A stretch of 64,000 nt of DNA from Candidatus Woesebacteria bacterium (GCA_021208605.1 JAJOJK010000001.1:5257-69256); one strand, 5' to 3'. Positions 40,252-49,723 are shown, counted from the first letter of the stretch. Numbers and translations: made by a program. Notes: a model not told the origin generated them from the letters alone.

Positions 40252-40999
40252 TTATTCTAAATAACCGTCAATAATGGTTTTTACTTGCGTAAATGGCAGA
40301 GCACCCGAGATGAGCTCGGTTTCGCCATCGGCGGTGACTAAGATAGTACCGGGGGTACCACTGACACCAGCAGCAGCGCCAGCCGCCATTTCGTCCGCAA
40401 TGTTGTCAGCGTATTTGCCGCTGTCAATACATTCTTGGACGGCACCGGCGTTCACACCAGCGACCTCAGCTGCTAAAGCGGCTACGTCTTCCTGGGGGAA
40501 ACCAGTTCCAGTGGCTTCAGTGCGTGCGAAGTAAGCGTCGGTGAAAGCCCAGAAGGCATCGTTGCCACCCAGTTCGGCCACACACTCAGAGGCTTGAGCC
40601 ACTGGCTCAGCATACTCGTGGAAAGAAAGTGGGTAGTGGCGGAAGACCCAGCGCACTTGGCCATCGTATTCTTCCATGACTTGAACCATAGTTTCGTGGA
40701 AATTTTTACAGAAGGGACATTCGTAGTCAGAGTACTCAATCAAGGTGATTTGAGCATCTTCGGCACCACGAACATGGTCGGTTTCATCTACTGGCGGGAG
40801 GGCGTCAACGTTGACGGTGTCTCCACCGAGCGTATCAGCTCCGGCTCCGGCAGGATCAGCGACGACTGCGCCAGTTCCAGCGGTTGGCGTTTTTTTTGAG
40901 GTAACGAACCTCGGTAAATAACATACCAATCACGAAGGCAGCCACAACGAGCAAACCAGTGATCAGGTACGAATCGAGGTTTTCTTTGATTCGATCCAT
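40252..40999 (-). CDS. DsbA-family thiol:disulfide oxidoreductase (CPFC active site), membrane-anchored, interrupted by a +1 frameshift in an A8 run (about 40890-40897)
   Basis: ATG at about 40999 preceded by AAAGGAG; N-terminal TM MDRIKENLDSYLITGLLVVAAFVIGML in one frame and the thioredoxin-fold body (YECPFCKNF) in another; removing one A joins them. Confidence 0.7.
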
Positions 41000-41044
41000 G
41001 CGAAAACTCCTTTATAGTTTCTTTTTTCGGCAGATAGCAGACCG

Positions 41045-41060
41045 TACTACGAGTGTAGTA
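41045..41060. promoter_or_regulatory. Candidate BlaI-family operator palindrome TACTAC-gagt-GTAGTA upstream of the dsbA-ccdA operon
   Basis: Perfect 6-4-6 inverted repeat between the blaI-like stop and the dsbA-like start, next to TTGACA on the coding strand. Confidence 0.35.
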
Positions 41061-41090
41061 AGGACACTAGACCATTGTCAATACTCTACC

Positions 41091-41459
41091 TTATTTCTGG
41101 AAGATCGTCTGGAGTATTTCTTGTTGGTCCTCGGGTAAGCGGTCAATTTCATCTTGCAGGGCCTTGATACCGTCTTCTTCGTAGCGGTCAAATAAAGCCG
41201 CTAAGAAGTTTCTAGCCTGGAAGCGTGCCATGTCGCGGCGGGAGGTACAGACATCGTAGACGTGGGCTTTCCCCTTTTTGTGGCGACAAAGAATGCCTTT
41301 CTCCACCAAGCGGCCCATGACTGTCATCACTGTGGTGTAGGCAATTTCGCGATCGTTTTGCAGTTTTTCGTGTACAGAGCGCACGTTACACGGACACTCA
41401 CTCCAAATGATGTCCATAATTTCTTTTTCGAGAGGGCCTAATTGGCATACCTGATTCAT
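41091..41459 (-). CDS. BlaI/MecI/CopY family transcriptional repressor
   Basis: Winged-helix N-terminus (LGPLEKEIMDIIWS..., TTVMTVMGRLVEKG) and C-terminal dimerisation helix. Confidence 0.7.
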   Translation of the reverse strand: MNQVCQLGPLEKEIMDIIWSECPCNVRSVHEKLQNDREIAYTTVMTVMGRLVEKGILCRHKKGKAHVYDVCTSRRDMARFQARNFLAALFDRYEEDGIKALQDEIDRLPEDQQEILQTIFQK

Positions 41460-41515
41460 GCTCTGACCATTATAATACATGAGTACGATCCAGATATTTA
41501 GAAAAGAAAGGACCC

Positions 41516-43270
41516 ATGTCTGTATCACCACAATCGCACGTAATGCTCGCCGCTCTGGAGCAGGCTGTGCGTCGTGGCGTGCAGTCAGTTCTGCCCGCTC
41601 TTTCTGATGCCGAGTACGTACCCGCTTTTGAGCACCCAGCCGATACTTCCCATGGTGAGTGGTCAACTAACATTGCTTTACAGCTGTTTGGACAGCACAA
41701 AAGTGAATTGGTTGATATTCGTTCTCCACGCCAGTTTGCGGAAACACTAGTCGTCGGCATGGGTGAAATTCCAAGTGTGACTGTTTCAGTTGCCGGACCA
41801 GGATTTATTAATTTTTCTTATGCACCAGCTGTCTTTTTACAGACTTTGGATACTATCCAACAAGGCACTGTGGAAGCGCTCCTTCCCGCTTATGGCACCG
41901 GTCAAACAGCCGTGGTGGAATACTCTTCGCCCAATATTGCCAAGCCATTTACGATTGGACACCTCCGCTCAACCATTATTGGCGACGCGGTAGCGAATTT
42001 ACTCGAAGCTACTGGATGGACCGTAAAACGAGATAACCATCTTGGTGATTGGGGGACGCAGTTTGGAAAACAGATTTGCGCCATTAAAAAATGGGGTGAC
42101 GAAGAAGAGATAGCGCAGTCAGAACGACCGGTGAAAAAACTGGTGGAACTCTATGTGAAGTTCCATGCGGAAGCCGAAGAGAATCCCGAATTAGTAGACG
42201 AAGGTCGAGCCTGGTTCAAAAAACTCGAGGACGGTGACCTAGAAGCGCGCCGCCTCTGGCAAAAATGTATCGATTGGTCCTGGAAAGAGTTCAATCAGAT
42301 TTATGAAGAACTGGGAGTTCGTTTTACCGAAAATGACGGCCGTGGATATGGTGAATCCTACTTTGAAGACAAGATGGATGTTGTTGTCGAAGAGCTGGAA
42401 ACGAAAAACCTGCTGACCGACAGCGAAGGTGCTCGCCTCGTTTTCTTCCCCGATGATCAATATCCACCTCTTATGGTGATCAAAAAAGATGGAACAACCC
42501 TCTACGCCACCCGTGATTTAGCTACGGACAAGTTCCGTTTGCAGAAATACGGTGCTGATGTGCGCATCATCAACGAAGTCGGTGCCGAACAAAGTCTCTA
42601 TTTCCAGCAAATTTTTGCCATTGAGTTGATGTTGGGCTGGGTAGAACCGGATCAGCGGGTACACGTCAAACACGGGATGTTCCGCTTTAAAGACGGCAAG
42701 ATGTCCACCCGTAAAGGCAACGTTATTTGGTTAGAAGATGTTTTGCAGGAAGCTCGCGAGCGCGCGCAACAGCTCGGCGATGATCCCGAACACGCGCAAA
42801 CGATTGCCTCTGCCGTTGGTATTGGGGCGCTCAAATGGAATGACCTCAAACGCAGCGCGCACTTAGATGTTGTTTTTGACTGGGATGAAATGCTTTCCAT
42901 GGAAGGGAACTCCGGGCCCTACATGCAGTACACCGTAGTGCGTGGCAAAAGTGTGTTGCAAAAGTGGCAGGAAAGTGGCTTTACCGCGACCGCGACTACA
43001 GAAGCTGATATCACACCAGAAGGATTAGAGATTCTGCGATTACTCTCTCGCTACGGTGAAGCGGTAGAACGGGCGGCTCAAGAGTATGCACCGCATTTGT
43101 TGGCCAATGCTTTGTTTGAAATTGCGCAGAGTTTTAATACGTTTTACAACAAGCATCAAATCGTGGCTGACGGTGTCCCGCAAGTGCGAATTGATCTGGT
43201 AAACGCTACGGTAGCTGTTCTTTCTCATGGTTTAGGTTTGCTCGGGATTGAAACCGTTGACCGGATGTAA
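41516..43270 (+). CDS. argS: Arginine--tRNA ligase
   Basis: Class I HIGH-like motif PFTIGHLRST, KMSTRKG (KMSK), DALR anticodon-binding C-terminus. Confidence 0.9.
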   Translation: MSVSPQSHVMLAALEQAVRRGVQSVLPALSDAEYVPAFEHPADTSHGEWSTNIALQLFGQHKSELVDIRSPRQFAETLVVGMGEIPSVTVSVAGPGFINFSYAPAVFLQTLDTIQQGTVEALLPAYGTGQTAVVEYSSPNIAKPFTIGHLRSTIIGDAVANLLEATGWTVKRDNHLGDWGTQFGKQICAIKKWGDEEEIAQSERPVKKLVELYVKFHAEAEENPELVDEGRAWFKKLEDGDLEARRLWQKCIDWSWKEFNQIYEELGVRFTENDGRGYGESYFEDKMDVVVEELETKNLLTDSEGARLVFFPDDQYPPLMVIKKDGTTLYATRDLATDKFRLQKYGADVRIINEVGAEQSLYFQQIFAIELMLGWVEPDQRVHVKHGMFRFKDGKMSTRKGNVIWLEDVLQEARERAQQLGDDPEHAQTIASAVGIGALKWNDLKRSAHLDVVFDWDEMLSMEGNSGPYMQYTVVRGKSVLQKWQESGFTATATTEADITPEGLEILRLLSRYGEAVERAAQEYAPHLLANALFEIAQSFNTFYNKHQIVADGVPQVRIDLVNATVAVLSHGLGLLGIETVDRM

Positions 43271-43294
43271 CCCGGCAGCTGCTACAATGCCCCT

Positions 43295-44311
43295 ATGATT
43301 GATACTTCTCTGGCCCAGCAAATTTGGAATGAAGTGGAACGCGCGCAGCGAATTCTGTTGCACATGCATCCTACCCCTGACGGCGACTCTGCCGGAAGCT
43401 CCCTCGCTCTGCGCGATGTCCTCGATTCCATGGGGAAAGATGTCACCTTGATTCAAGGCGATACTGCTTTTCCAGACTATTTGCGTCATCTTCCGGGTGC
43501 CGAAAACGTGGAACCACATCCTTACGGTTCGGTCGAAACGGAGCAGTTTGACCTGTTTATTATTCTTGATAGTGCCAACAAAGATCAGATTTCCCGCCAG
43601 TCAGAGGTAGTCTTCCCAGAAAATTTACGCACTCTTGTTATCGACCATCACGCCACCAACGAAGGCTACGGTGATATCAACTGGATTGATTCTGGCTATG
43701 TGGCGACCTGTCATATGGTGTTTGATCTTTTGACAGCGGCAAAGATAGAGATTTCTCGCGAAGCAGCCACCTGTTTGTTTGTTGGTATGTTTACGGACTC
43801 TGGCGGTTTCCAGTATCCACCGACTTCGGCTGCCACGCTCCACGCCGCCGCCGATCTCGCCGCCAAAGCGCCCGATTTTTCCGAGTACATTTTCCATATC
43901 AATAACACGTTTGATCCGGAAAACATGTACTACCGCGGTATTGCTTTGAAAAATATCGAGTTGTTTCATAACGGCCATATTGCTATCTCGGCAGTAAGCG
44001 CTTCCGAGCTCGATAGCCGCGGCATTCTCCCAGACCAAGCAGACAAAAGCTTTATTGCCAACCAACTTAAGAGTGTTGTCGGTTGGGATGTAGCGGTCGG
44101 ATTAGTAGAAAGTGAGCCTGGCGTTGTGAAAGCCAGTTTCCGTACGCGTAAACCAGAAATCTATCATGTCGGTAAAATTGCCGCCATGTTGGGTGGCGGC
44201 GGCCATCAAGCAGCGGCTGGTCTGACTCTCAAAACTTCACTGGATGATGCCAAGCGGCAGATTGTTGAGGCAGTGTTGGCGTGGGAAAATGAGCACGGAG
44301 CTACTGAGTAA
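43295..44311 (+). CDS. nrnA: DHH/DHHA1 phosphoesterase (NrnA-like nanoRNase/pAp phosphatase)
   Basis: DHH motif (VIDHHATN) and GGGH motif (MLGGGGHQAAAG). Confidence 0.8.
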   Translation: MIDTSLAQQIWNEVERAQRILLHMHPTPDGDSAGSSLALRDVLDSMGKDVTLIQGDTAFPDYLRHLPGAENVEPHPYGSVETEQFDLFIILDSANKDQISRQSEVVFPENLRTLVIDHHATNEGYGDINWIDSGYVATCHMVFDLLTAAKIEISREAATCLFVGMFTDSGGFQYPPTSAATLHAAADLAAKAPDFSEYIFHINNTFDPENMYYRGIALKNIELFHNGHIAISAVSASELDSRGILPDQADKSFIANQLKSVVGWDVAVGLVESEPGVVKASFRTRKPEIYHVGKIAAMLGGGGHQAAAGLTLKTSLDDAKRQIVEAVLAWENEHGATE

Positions 44312-44446
44312 TCGATTATCATTTTGTTCCCGGGCAGGATTTACGACTGCGTTCGCCATAGCTCACTCCGCATGCACTACCCAGGTGCTTCGCACTTGGC
44401 GGCGCGAACAGAGGCTTTTTTGCCATCACCCCAAAACTACAAAAAA

Positions 44447-44468
44447 AGCCGAAGGCGGCTTTTTTTAT
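44447..44468. terminator. Intrinsic terminator hairpin (A-run/T-run flanked)
   Basis: aaaaaaagccgaaggcggcttttttt. Confidence 0.5.
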
Positions 44469-44470
44469 AG

Positions 44471-44541
44471 TTCCCGGGCAAGGATTCGAACCCTGAATAA
44501 CTGTGCCAGAAACAGTTGTGATGCCATTTCACTACCCGGGA
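44471..44541 (-). tRNA. tRNA-Gln(CTG), CCA not encoded
   Basis: Cloverleaf: acceptor TCCCGGG/CCCGGGA, D-arm GTGAAATGGCATCAC, anticodon arm ACTGT-TTCTGGC-ACAGT, T-arm CAGGGTTCGAATCCTTG. Confidence 0.8.
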
Positions 44542-44611
44542 TCGGTTCGAGGAGATCATTATACCGCATGGTATGGAGCGCGGCGGGAGGGATTTTTTTG
44601 AGGAGAAAATG

Positions 44612-44640
44612 GAAAAGCCCCGCACGGAGTGCGGGGCTTT
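44612..44640. terminator. Intrinsic terminator hairpin
   Basis: aaaagccccgcacggagtgcggggcttt flanked by A- and T-runs; downstream of the small minus-strand membrane gene. Confidence 0.55.
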
Positions 44641-44652
44641 AAAAACGGATCG

Positions 44653-44898
44653 TTAATTTGGGAAGTGTATCAATGCGAATGATGTTGTAAATGTGATTAT
44701 CCACACCACCAATCTAATTGCACCCAGGATGTAAATCCCAAAGGCCTGGATCACCCACGGATTAGTGGGAAAATCGAATTGCAGCAGAAATGAAAAAGCC
44801 ATAACTGCAATTACCAGGAGTCCCGCTGAGACCCACTCTGGTGTTTTCCATATCATGCCACATGTTCCTCCGGCTACTACTCCTGCGAGTAACCACAC
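44653..44898 (-). CDS. Small hypothetical membrane protein (2 TM)
   Basis: 81-aa hydrophobic ORF with its own terminator. Confidence 0.4.
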   Translation of the reverse strand: MWLLAGVVAGGTCGMIWKTPEWVSAGLLVIAVMAFSFLLQFDFPTNPWVIQAFGIYILGAIRLVVWIITFTTSFALIHFPN

Positions 44899-45042
44899 TA
44901 TGTATATGTAAACGATCTCTCGCCTCTCCCCTTCAGTTTCGCCGCGTTGGCGAGGGGGAGATTTGAGAGCTATATTATAACAAAAATACTATAGGATGTC
45001 TATATAACAGAAGCAAACCCAAATATTCCGCAAATTGCTCTC

Positions 45043-45070
45043 TTGACACAGCCCATAACATATGTATAAT
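45043..45070 (+). promoter_or_regulatory. Consensus sigma70-type promoter (TTGACA-17-TATAAT)
   Basis: ctcTTGACAcagcccataacatatgTATAATact; perfect -35 and -10 hexamers with a 16-17 nt spacer. Confidence 0.55.
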
Positions 45071-45076
45071 ACTTAA

Positions 45077-45147
45077 TTACATCAGCAGGTTGATCCCTCA
45101 TCGGAGATACGTGCTGATACAAAAGAAGCCCGGGAGGGCTTTTTTTG
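45077..45147 (+). ncRNA. Candidate small RNA (about 70 nt) between the consensus promoter and an intrinsic terminator
   Basis: Internal hairpin atcagcag...gtgctgat, then terminator aagcccgggagggcttttttt; no ORF; 80 nt upstream of tRNA-Arg. Confidence 0.3.
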
Positions 45148-45231
45148 TACCCCAAGATATGGCGCTTCCATCACACTCATATAAGGACGGTACTGCTCTC
45201 CCCGATTTCCCTGCTACAATACCCCTATCTG

Positions 45232-45305
45232 GCGCCAGTAGCTCAGCTGGATAGAGCAACTGCCTTCTAAGCAGTAGGTCGCGGGTTCGAGTCCCTCCTG
45301 GCGCA
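45232..45305 (+). tRNA. tRNA-Arg(TCT), CCA not encoded; 3' half overlapped by the recombinase gene end
   Basis: Acceptor GCGCCAG/CTGGCGC, D-arm GCTCAGCTGGATAGAGC, anticodon arm ACTGC-CTTCTAA-GCAGT, T-loop TTCGAGT. Confidence 0.85.
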
Positions 45306-47075
45306 CAAATTAGCATCCTTAACCCCGAACCTAAAGAAAAGCTCTTGTAGAATATCTTTAGGTAATCGGAAATGGATGTCGAGTTTATACGGGAGCATTT
45401 GCTCCTGTTTCTTTTTCCCAGAAATAATATCTGTTTCGTTTACCGGTCTGGACCGAACAACCACCTTTTCTATAAGGCTTACGAGCAGATCATGAGTAAA
45501 TCGTGGGTTACTCTTGAGATCAAGAAGTGAGTCTTGGTACGTCTGCTGGAAGTAGGTAAGGGTGTCAGCATATTGCTTGGAAAGTGTAATCTTGCCAATC
45601 TTTACTTCAATTTCATCTGCTTCTTTCTGCCAAGATTCGGCTTTCTGGTCTTCCTCAGCGAGTTGTGTTTTAAGTGCTTCTATAGAAGGAATGATGCCGG
45701 CCACATGTTGTTCTTGGAGCAGTTTCTTGCGCACAGGAGTTCCCTTTATAAGGTTGAGTAAGTATGCTTGTTTTTCCTGCAAATGCTTCTTTTCCAACAG
45801 GTTTGATTTCAGTGTGTTTTGATAGTTTATGACCGGTTCGGGGTTATCAAGAAGGAGTCGGACTTGTTCAAGTACGATATTCTCAACTTGGTCTCCAGGG
45901 AGTGGAATGACTGAGCAGGTATGGGAAAACTTCTTTGGATTCCTCCTGCCACACTTATACATGTAACTGATTGTCTGACCTTCATTCGTTGTTACTCTTC
46001 TGGATTCACCAGACCAGGATGGCATCGCATCCGCGCGCCCGCTGACTAAACAGTCTTCGCATTTAAGTAACCCGGAAAGCAGATAAATATGCTGCTCTTT
46101 CTTTTCCCTTGCAACGTTAGTACTAGTCGTTTTGAGTTTTTCAAGCCGTTTTTGAGCCATCTCAAAAACCACGTTTTCGATAATAGTGGGGTATGAGTAC
46201 TCTGTACGTTTCCATTCGGACTTAGGAAGCTTAGTTGCTCCGTTGTATTTGTGATAGTAATGAACGCCAATATACATCTCATTTGAGAGAATTTGACGTA
46301 CTTGATGGGCACGCCAGAAGTAAGGATCGTTCTTTTTCTTCGTCCGACCTTTTCGTTTTTGGTGGAACACGGCGGATGCTGAGGGGGATAGGATTTGTAG
46401 TCGCTTAAGTTCGTCTGCAATGAGCTGTGGTGTTTTATTTTGTGTTATTAACAGATCAAATATCATACTGACGATCTTGGCTTCTGGCTCAAAAACTTTT
46501 GCGGTCTTATCTGGATTCTTGATATAGCCAAAGGTAGCATTTTCCCCCATGATTATTCCTTTATTTACTGCTTGGCGAATACCATCTTGTGTGCGTTGCT
46601 TCATGGTTTCAATCTCAAGCTCGGCGATGACTCCAATGATGCTCAATATGGCGCGACCAAAAGGAGTGCCAGTATCTATGCTTTCATTTGCCGAAAGGAG
46701 CTTTACGCCATGTTCATTGAAAAGGTCAATCACATCCATGAGGACTTTGAGTCTTCGAGCGAACCGGTCTATACGATAAACAGCAACAACATCAAAAGGT
46801 TTTTTTCCATCTGGTGACTGAATAAGATCCTCTATTAACCGAGAAAAACCTGGCCGACTGCCAATTTCAGTGGTTCCACTGACTCCATCATCAACATACA
46901 CGTATTGAGGTCCTGCCAAAACGGCACGAGGAGTACCATCTTCGAGATGACCTTTCGATTTGACAAGGGACTCTACGGCCTCTTTTTGCAGATCAAGGCC
47001 ATATTTATCCACCTGATCATCAGTGGAGACTCTGAGATAGATAGCAACTCGAAGTTGCGTAGTTACGTCTGTCAT
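45267..47075 (-). CDS. Large serine recombinase (integrase); C-terminal 13 codons and the stop lie antisense inside tRNA-Arg(TCT)
   Basis: Resolvase catalytic N-domain AIYLRVSTDDQ...RIDRFAR, recombinase domain, zinc-ribbon cysteines (CEDC...CGRR...HTC) and a coiled-coil; the TAG stop sits in the tRNA anticodon loop. Confidence 0.85.
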   Translation of the reverse strand: MTDVTTQLRVAIYLRVSTDDQVDKYGLDLQKEAVESLVKSKGHLEDGTPRAVLAGPQYVYVDDGVSGTTEIGSRPGFSRLIEDLIQSPDGKKPFDVVAVYRIDRFARRLKVLMDVIDLFNEHGVKLLSANESIDTGTPFGRAILSIIGVIAELEIETMKQRTQDGIRQAVNKGIIMGENATFGYIKNPDKTAKVFEPEAKIVSMIFDLLITQNKTPQLIADELKRLQILSPSASAVFHQKRKGRTKKKNDPYFWRAHQVRQILSNEMYIGVHYYHKYNGATKLPKSEWKRTEYSYPTIIENVVFEMAQKRLEKLKTTSTNVAREKKEQHIYLLSGLLKCEDCLVSGRADAMPSWSGESRRVTTNEGQTISYMYKCGRRNPKKFSHTCSVIPLPGDQVENIVLEQVRLLLDNPEPVINYQNTLKSNLLEKKHLQEKQAYLLNLIKGTPVRKKLLQEQHVAGIIPSIEALKTQLAEEDQKAESWQKEADEIEVKIGKITLSKQYADTLTYFQQTYQDSLLDLKSNPRFTHDLLVSLIEKVVVRSRPVNETDIISGKKKQEQMLPYKLDIHFRLPKDILQELFFRFGVKDANLCARRDSNPRPTA

Positions 47076-47184
47076 GAATGCTGTGTTCTTGTATAGGAAC
47101 AGCAGACCCCGAAGTAGCTGTTTCAATGAATGATACACCATACTAGTGGGGGTTTTTACAGTAAGAGATATATAATAAGCTTTA

Positions 47185-47814
47185 ATGAACTTTTACTCAC
47201 AAATCCCTTTTTGGGAAAACAAACTCAGGCAGCGAGAGCTAAATTCGTTTAAAGAATCAATTGAACATTATTTCCAAGATCTTGAGTATGATGCCCTAGG
47301 TGACCCCATGGTTACTGAAAAAGGGATGAAAGTACGATCCTCGATAAATAAAAAAATAGACTACATAGGCGACGTTATTCGGTTGGCTGGAATAAATACG
47401 AAGATTACGTACTATCCTCCTCCAGCTATCGGTGGCCCGGTTACAACGCTCGATGTTATTGAAAACACCTTTAACCTTCGATCATTTAGCATTACTCCCA
47501 TAGAAATCATTGATCAACTTGATAAGGCACTCGGTATCTACGAGGCAGATGAAAAAAGGGCATTTATTCGTACCTTTAATCCTTTCTTTTGGATGGGAAG
47601 ACTATTTGTTTGGCTATCGTCACTTCCATTTATGTTCTTACACCATGCTGGCTTTGATGTGGTGAAGATACAAACTACTATATGGGGAAAGCTTTTGAAA
47701 CTTTTCTTTGATTGTGTGGCGTTCGCTGCGGGAGTCCTCACCATTTTCCAGGTGCTTGGATATGTTGGTGTTTTGCAATCACTAAAAGCAATTATTGATT
47801 CAATGTTGCCGTAA
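47185..47814 (+). CDS. Hypothetical protein with a C-terminal 2-TM region
   Basis: 209 aa, AT-rich, first gene after the integrase. Confidence 0.4.
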   Translation: MNFYSQIPFWENKLRQRELNSFKESIEHYFQDLEYDALGDPMVTEKGMKVRSSINKKIDYIGDVIRLAGINTKITYYPPPAIGGPVTTLDVIENTFNLRSFSITPIEIIDQLDKALGIYEADEKRAFIRTFNPFFWMGRLFVWLSSLPFMFLHHAGFDVVKIQTTIWGKLLKLFFDCVAFAAGVLTIFQVLGYVGVLQSLKAIIDSMLP

Positions 47815-47816
47815 AA

Positions 47817-48254
47817 TCACGGATTCTCTCGCAGTTTTCCATAGAGTAGGTGTAGTGTTGTCTCATCATCTGTTTCACTTGAGAAAATACCAACAGAGAG
47901 CTCCTTTACAGAGCTTGTTCCAGAAATAGGATAAACGCGATAGTTCTCAAGAGAAAACTGGCTTACGTGATACTGTTTTCGCAGTTCATCTGAATCGGCC
48001 GATTTAATAAGGCCAGCGAGCTTGTGAGCTGCTTTTACCGGGTCAGATTCATTTATAGCCTGAACAAGTGATTCACTCTTGGAAGGTTTGCCACTCACTT
48101 TCTTGCCATGAATGGTAACTTTAGCAGTAGGATCCATTTTTATGGCAATAAGGTCAGTAAACCCATCATTAATCTCAGTCTCTTCACTCGGTGAGTTTTC
48201 ATCTTCTTCATCGAGCAGATACTGTTTGTAGTTTTTGAGATCGATGACTGACAT
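47817..48254 (-). CDS. Hypothetical acidic protein
   Basis: 145 aa, AT-rich island gene, no recognisable motif. Confidence 0.4.
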   Translation of the reverse strand: MSVIDLKNYKQYLLDEEDENSPSEETEINDGFTDLIAIKMDPTAKVTIHGKKVSGKPSKSESLVQAINESDPVKAAHKLAGLIKSADSDELRKQYHVSQFSLENYRVYPISGTSSVKELSVGIFSSETDDETTLHLLYGKLRENP

Positions 48255-48335
48255 GGATTAACAGTATCCTACCAGAGTTTCAGAAGCATTCTAAACGAGG
48301 TATTATTAAATGATACATACGCAAGAAGGCTTTTT

Positions 48336-48716
48336 ATGGCAAAAGTTGGTAGACCTACTAAATACAAACGCAAATATTGTCAGGTAGCCTCGGATTTTCT
48401 TTCTCAAGGCTATTCCAAGGAGGCTTTAGCAGGAGAATTAGGGATTTCCAGGCAGTGCCTGTATGAATGGCTAGAGAAACATCAGGAATTTGGTGACACG
48501 GTGGCGCAGGCGGAAGCCAAGGCACAATGCATCTGGGAAAAGTACGGCCAAGATGCGGTTCAAGGGAAAATAAAAGGATTCAATACCTCGGTGTGGATGT
48601 TTGTGATGAAGAATCGCTTCGGATGGAAAGAGCGCGAAAGCATTACTTTTGATCAGGAGCCGATTACTGGAGTATCAATACTTGCTCCCGTGGGATCTAC
48701 TATTTCGGAAAGTTGA
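48336..48716 (+). CDS. HTH DNA-binding protein resembling a phage terminase small subunit (GRPTKY family)
   Basis: MAKVGRPTKY... and GISRQCLYEWLEKHQEF helix-turn-helix, as in prophage TerS-like DNA-packaging proteins. Confidence 0.45.
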   Translation: MAKVGRPTKYKRKYCQVASDFLSQGYSKEALAGELGISRQCLYEWLEKHQEFGDTVAQAEAKAQCIWEKYGQDAVQGKIKGFNTSVWMFVMKNRFGWKERESITFDQEPITGVSILAPVGSTISES

Positions 48717-49234
48717 ATACCAGCTTTCTCAAAAGCATCAAAATAAGCTTGATAATCAGATTCACTGTATGTGGTCATAACAATCTGCTTGATTCGCGCC
48801 GCTTTCTTCTCTTGATAGTCAGCGAAAACATCAGCTACAACAGATGCCGCATCATCTATTGGAAAGGCATGAGTTCCGGTAGATATGGAAGGAAAAGCAA
48901 TGGAGTCACACTCAAGCTTCTCAGCGAGTGCCAGTGATGCTTTATAGCACTGAGCTAGCAAAAGAGACTCTCTCCCGTTTTCACGACCATACAACGGCCC
49001 AACGGTATGAATAACATGGCTAGCTGGTAGGCAATAGCCTTTTGTAGGTACGACCTCACCGACTTCGCAGTGACCAATAATACGGCATTCTCTTTCAAGT
49101 TCTTTCCCAGCGGCTCGATGGATAGCGCCACAAACTCCACTTCCGGCTAAAAGCGACCGATTAGCAGAGTTCACAACAACATCAACTTGAAGAGTTGCTA
49201 TATCGCCTAAAAAGACACTTATTTTTGGTTTCAT
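48653..49234 (-). CDS. Macro domain protein (ADP-ribose/O-acetyl-ADP-ribose processing, YmdB-like)
   Basis: VVNSANRSLLAGSGVCGAIHRAAG and SIAFPSISTGTHAFP macro-domain signatures. Confidence 0.8.
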   Translation of the reverse strand: MKPKISVFLGDIATLQVDVVVNSANRSLLAGSGVCGAIHRAAGKELERECRIIGHCEVGEVVPTKGYCLPASHVIHTVGPLYGRENGRESLLLAQCYKASLALAEKLECDSIAFPSISTGTHAFPIDDAASVVADVFADYQEKKAARIKQIVMTTYSESDYQAYFDAFEKAGIQLSEIVDPTGASIDTPVIGS

Positions 49235-49293
49235 GGCTGACGAGGATATTTTTCCTTGTGGTCCATTAATACCATATTGTGAACAGATAGGAC

Positions 49294-49467
49294 TTAGCGT
49301 TTTTTCTTTCTCAATCCGAGCATTCGAGCTAAAATGGCGAAAACACCGATTAATCCGATAAGCTTTCCTACATTATAGGTAAAGGATGGACCAAACATTG
49401 TTCCCAAGCCGATTACTATGAAGATTAAGATGAACGCGCCTGCTACTCGAAAAAGCAACCTCTTCAT
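49294..49467 (-). CDS. Small hydrophobic protein (2 TM)
   Basis: MKRLLFRVAGAFILIFIVIGLG...; ATGA-coupled to a second 56-aa hydrophobic ORF (about 49464-49634, below the track threshold). Confidence 0.3.
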   Translation of the reverse strand: MKRLLFRVAGAFILIFIVIGLGTMFGPSFTYNVGKLIGLIGVFAILARMLGLRKKKR

Positions 49468-49723
49468 TTCTCTCCTCCGGATCGGCAAACATCAAAAAGT
49501 ATGAAAGTTGTGCATTCCCCTCTTATCTGCCTGGAAAACCAACGATACGTCCTTGTAATGTGGTTACTAAGCATGAACACGAAGATCAAAATGGCGATTA
49601 TTGGAGCAATGTACTGAATGATTTTTTCCGACATATGATTTGTTTGTCCTATGCATAAATAATAGCATAAACTCTCAATACTAGTGCGTAATAATTTAAT
49701 GCGGATTCATATGCAATATCTTC

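Noticed and set aside
45098-45316. ORFs antisense to tRNA genes (also 58360-58612 and 63069-63287) with ...ARRDSNP... translations
   Set aside because: These are characteristic antisense translations of tRNA T-arms, not genes. The exception is that the serine integrase genuinely terminates inside tRNA-Arg.
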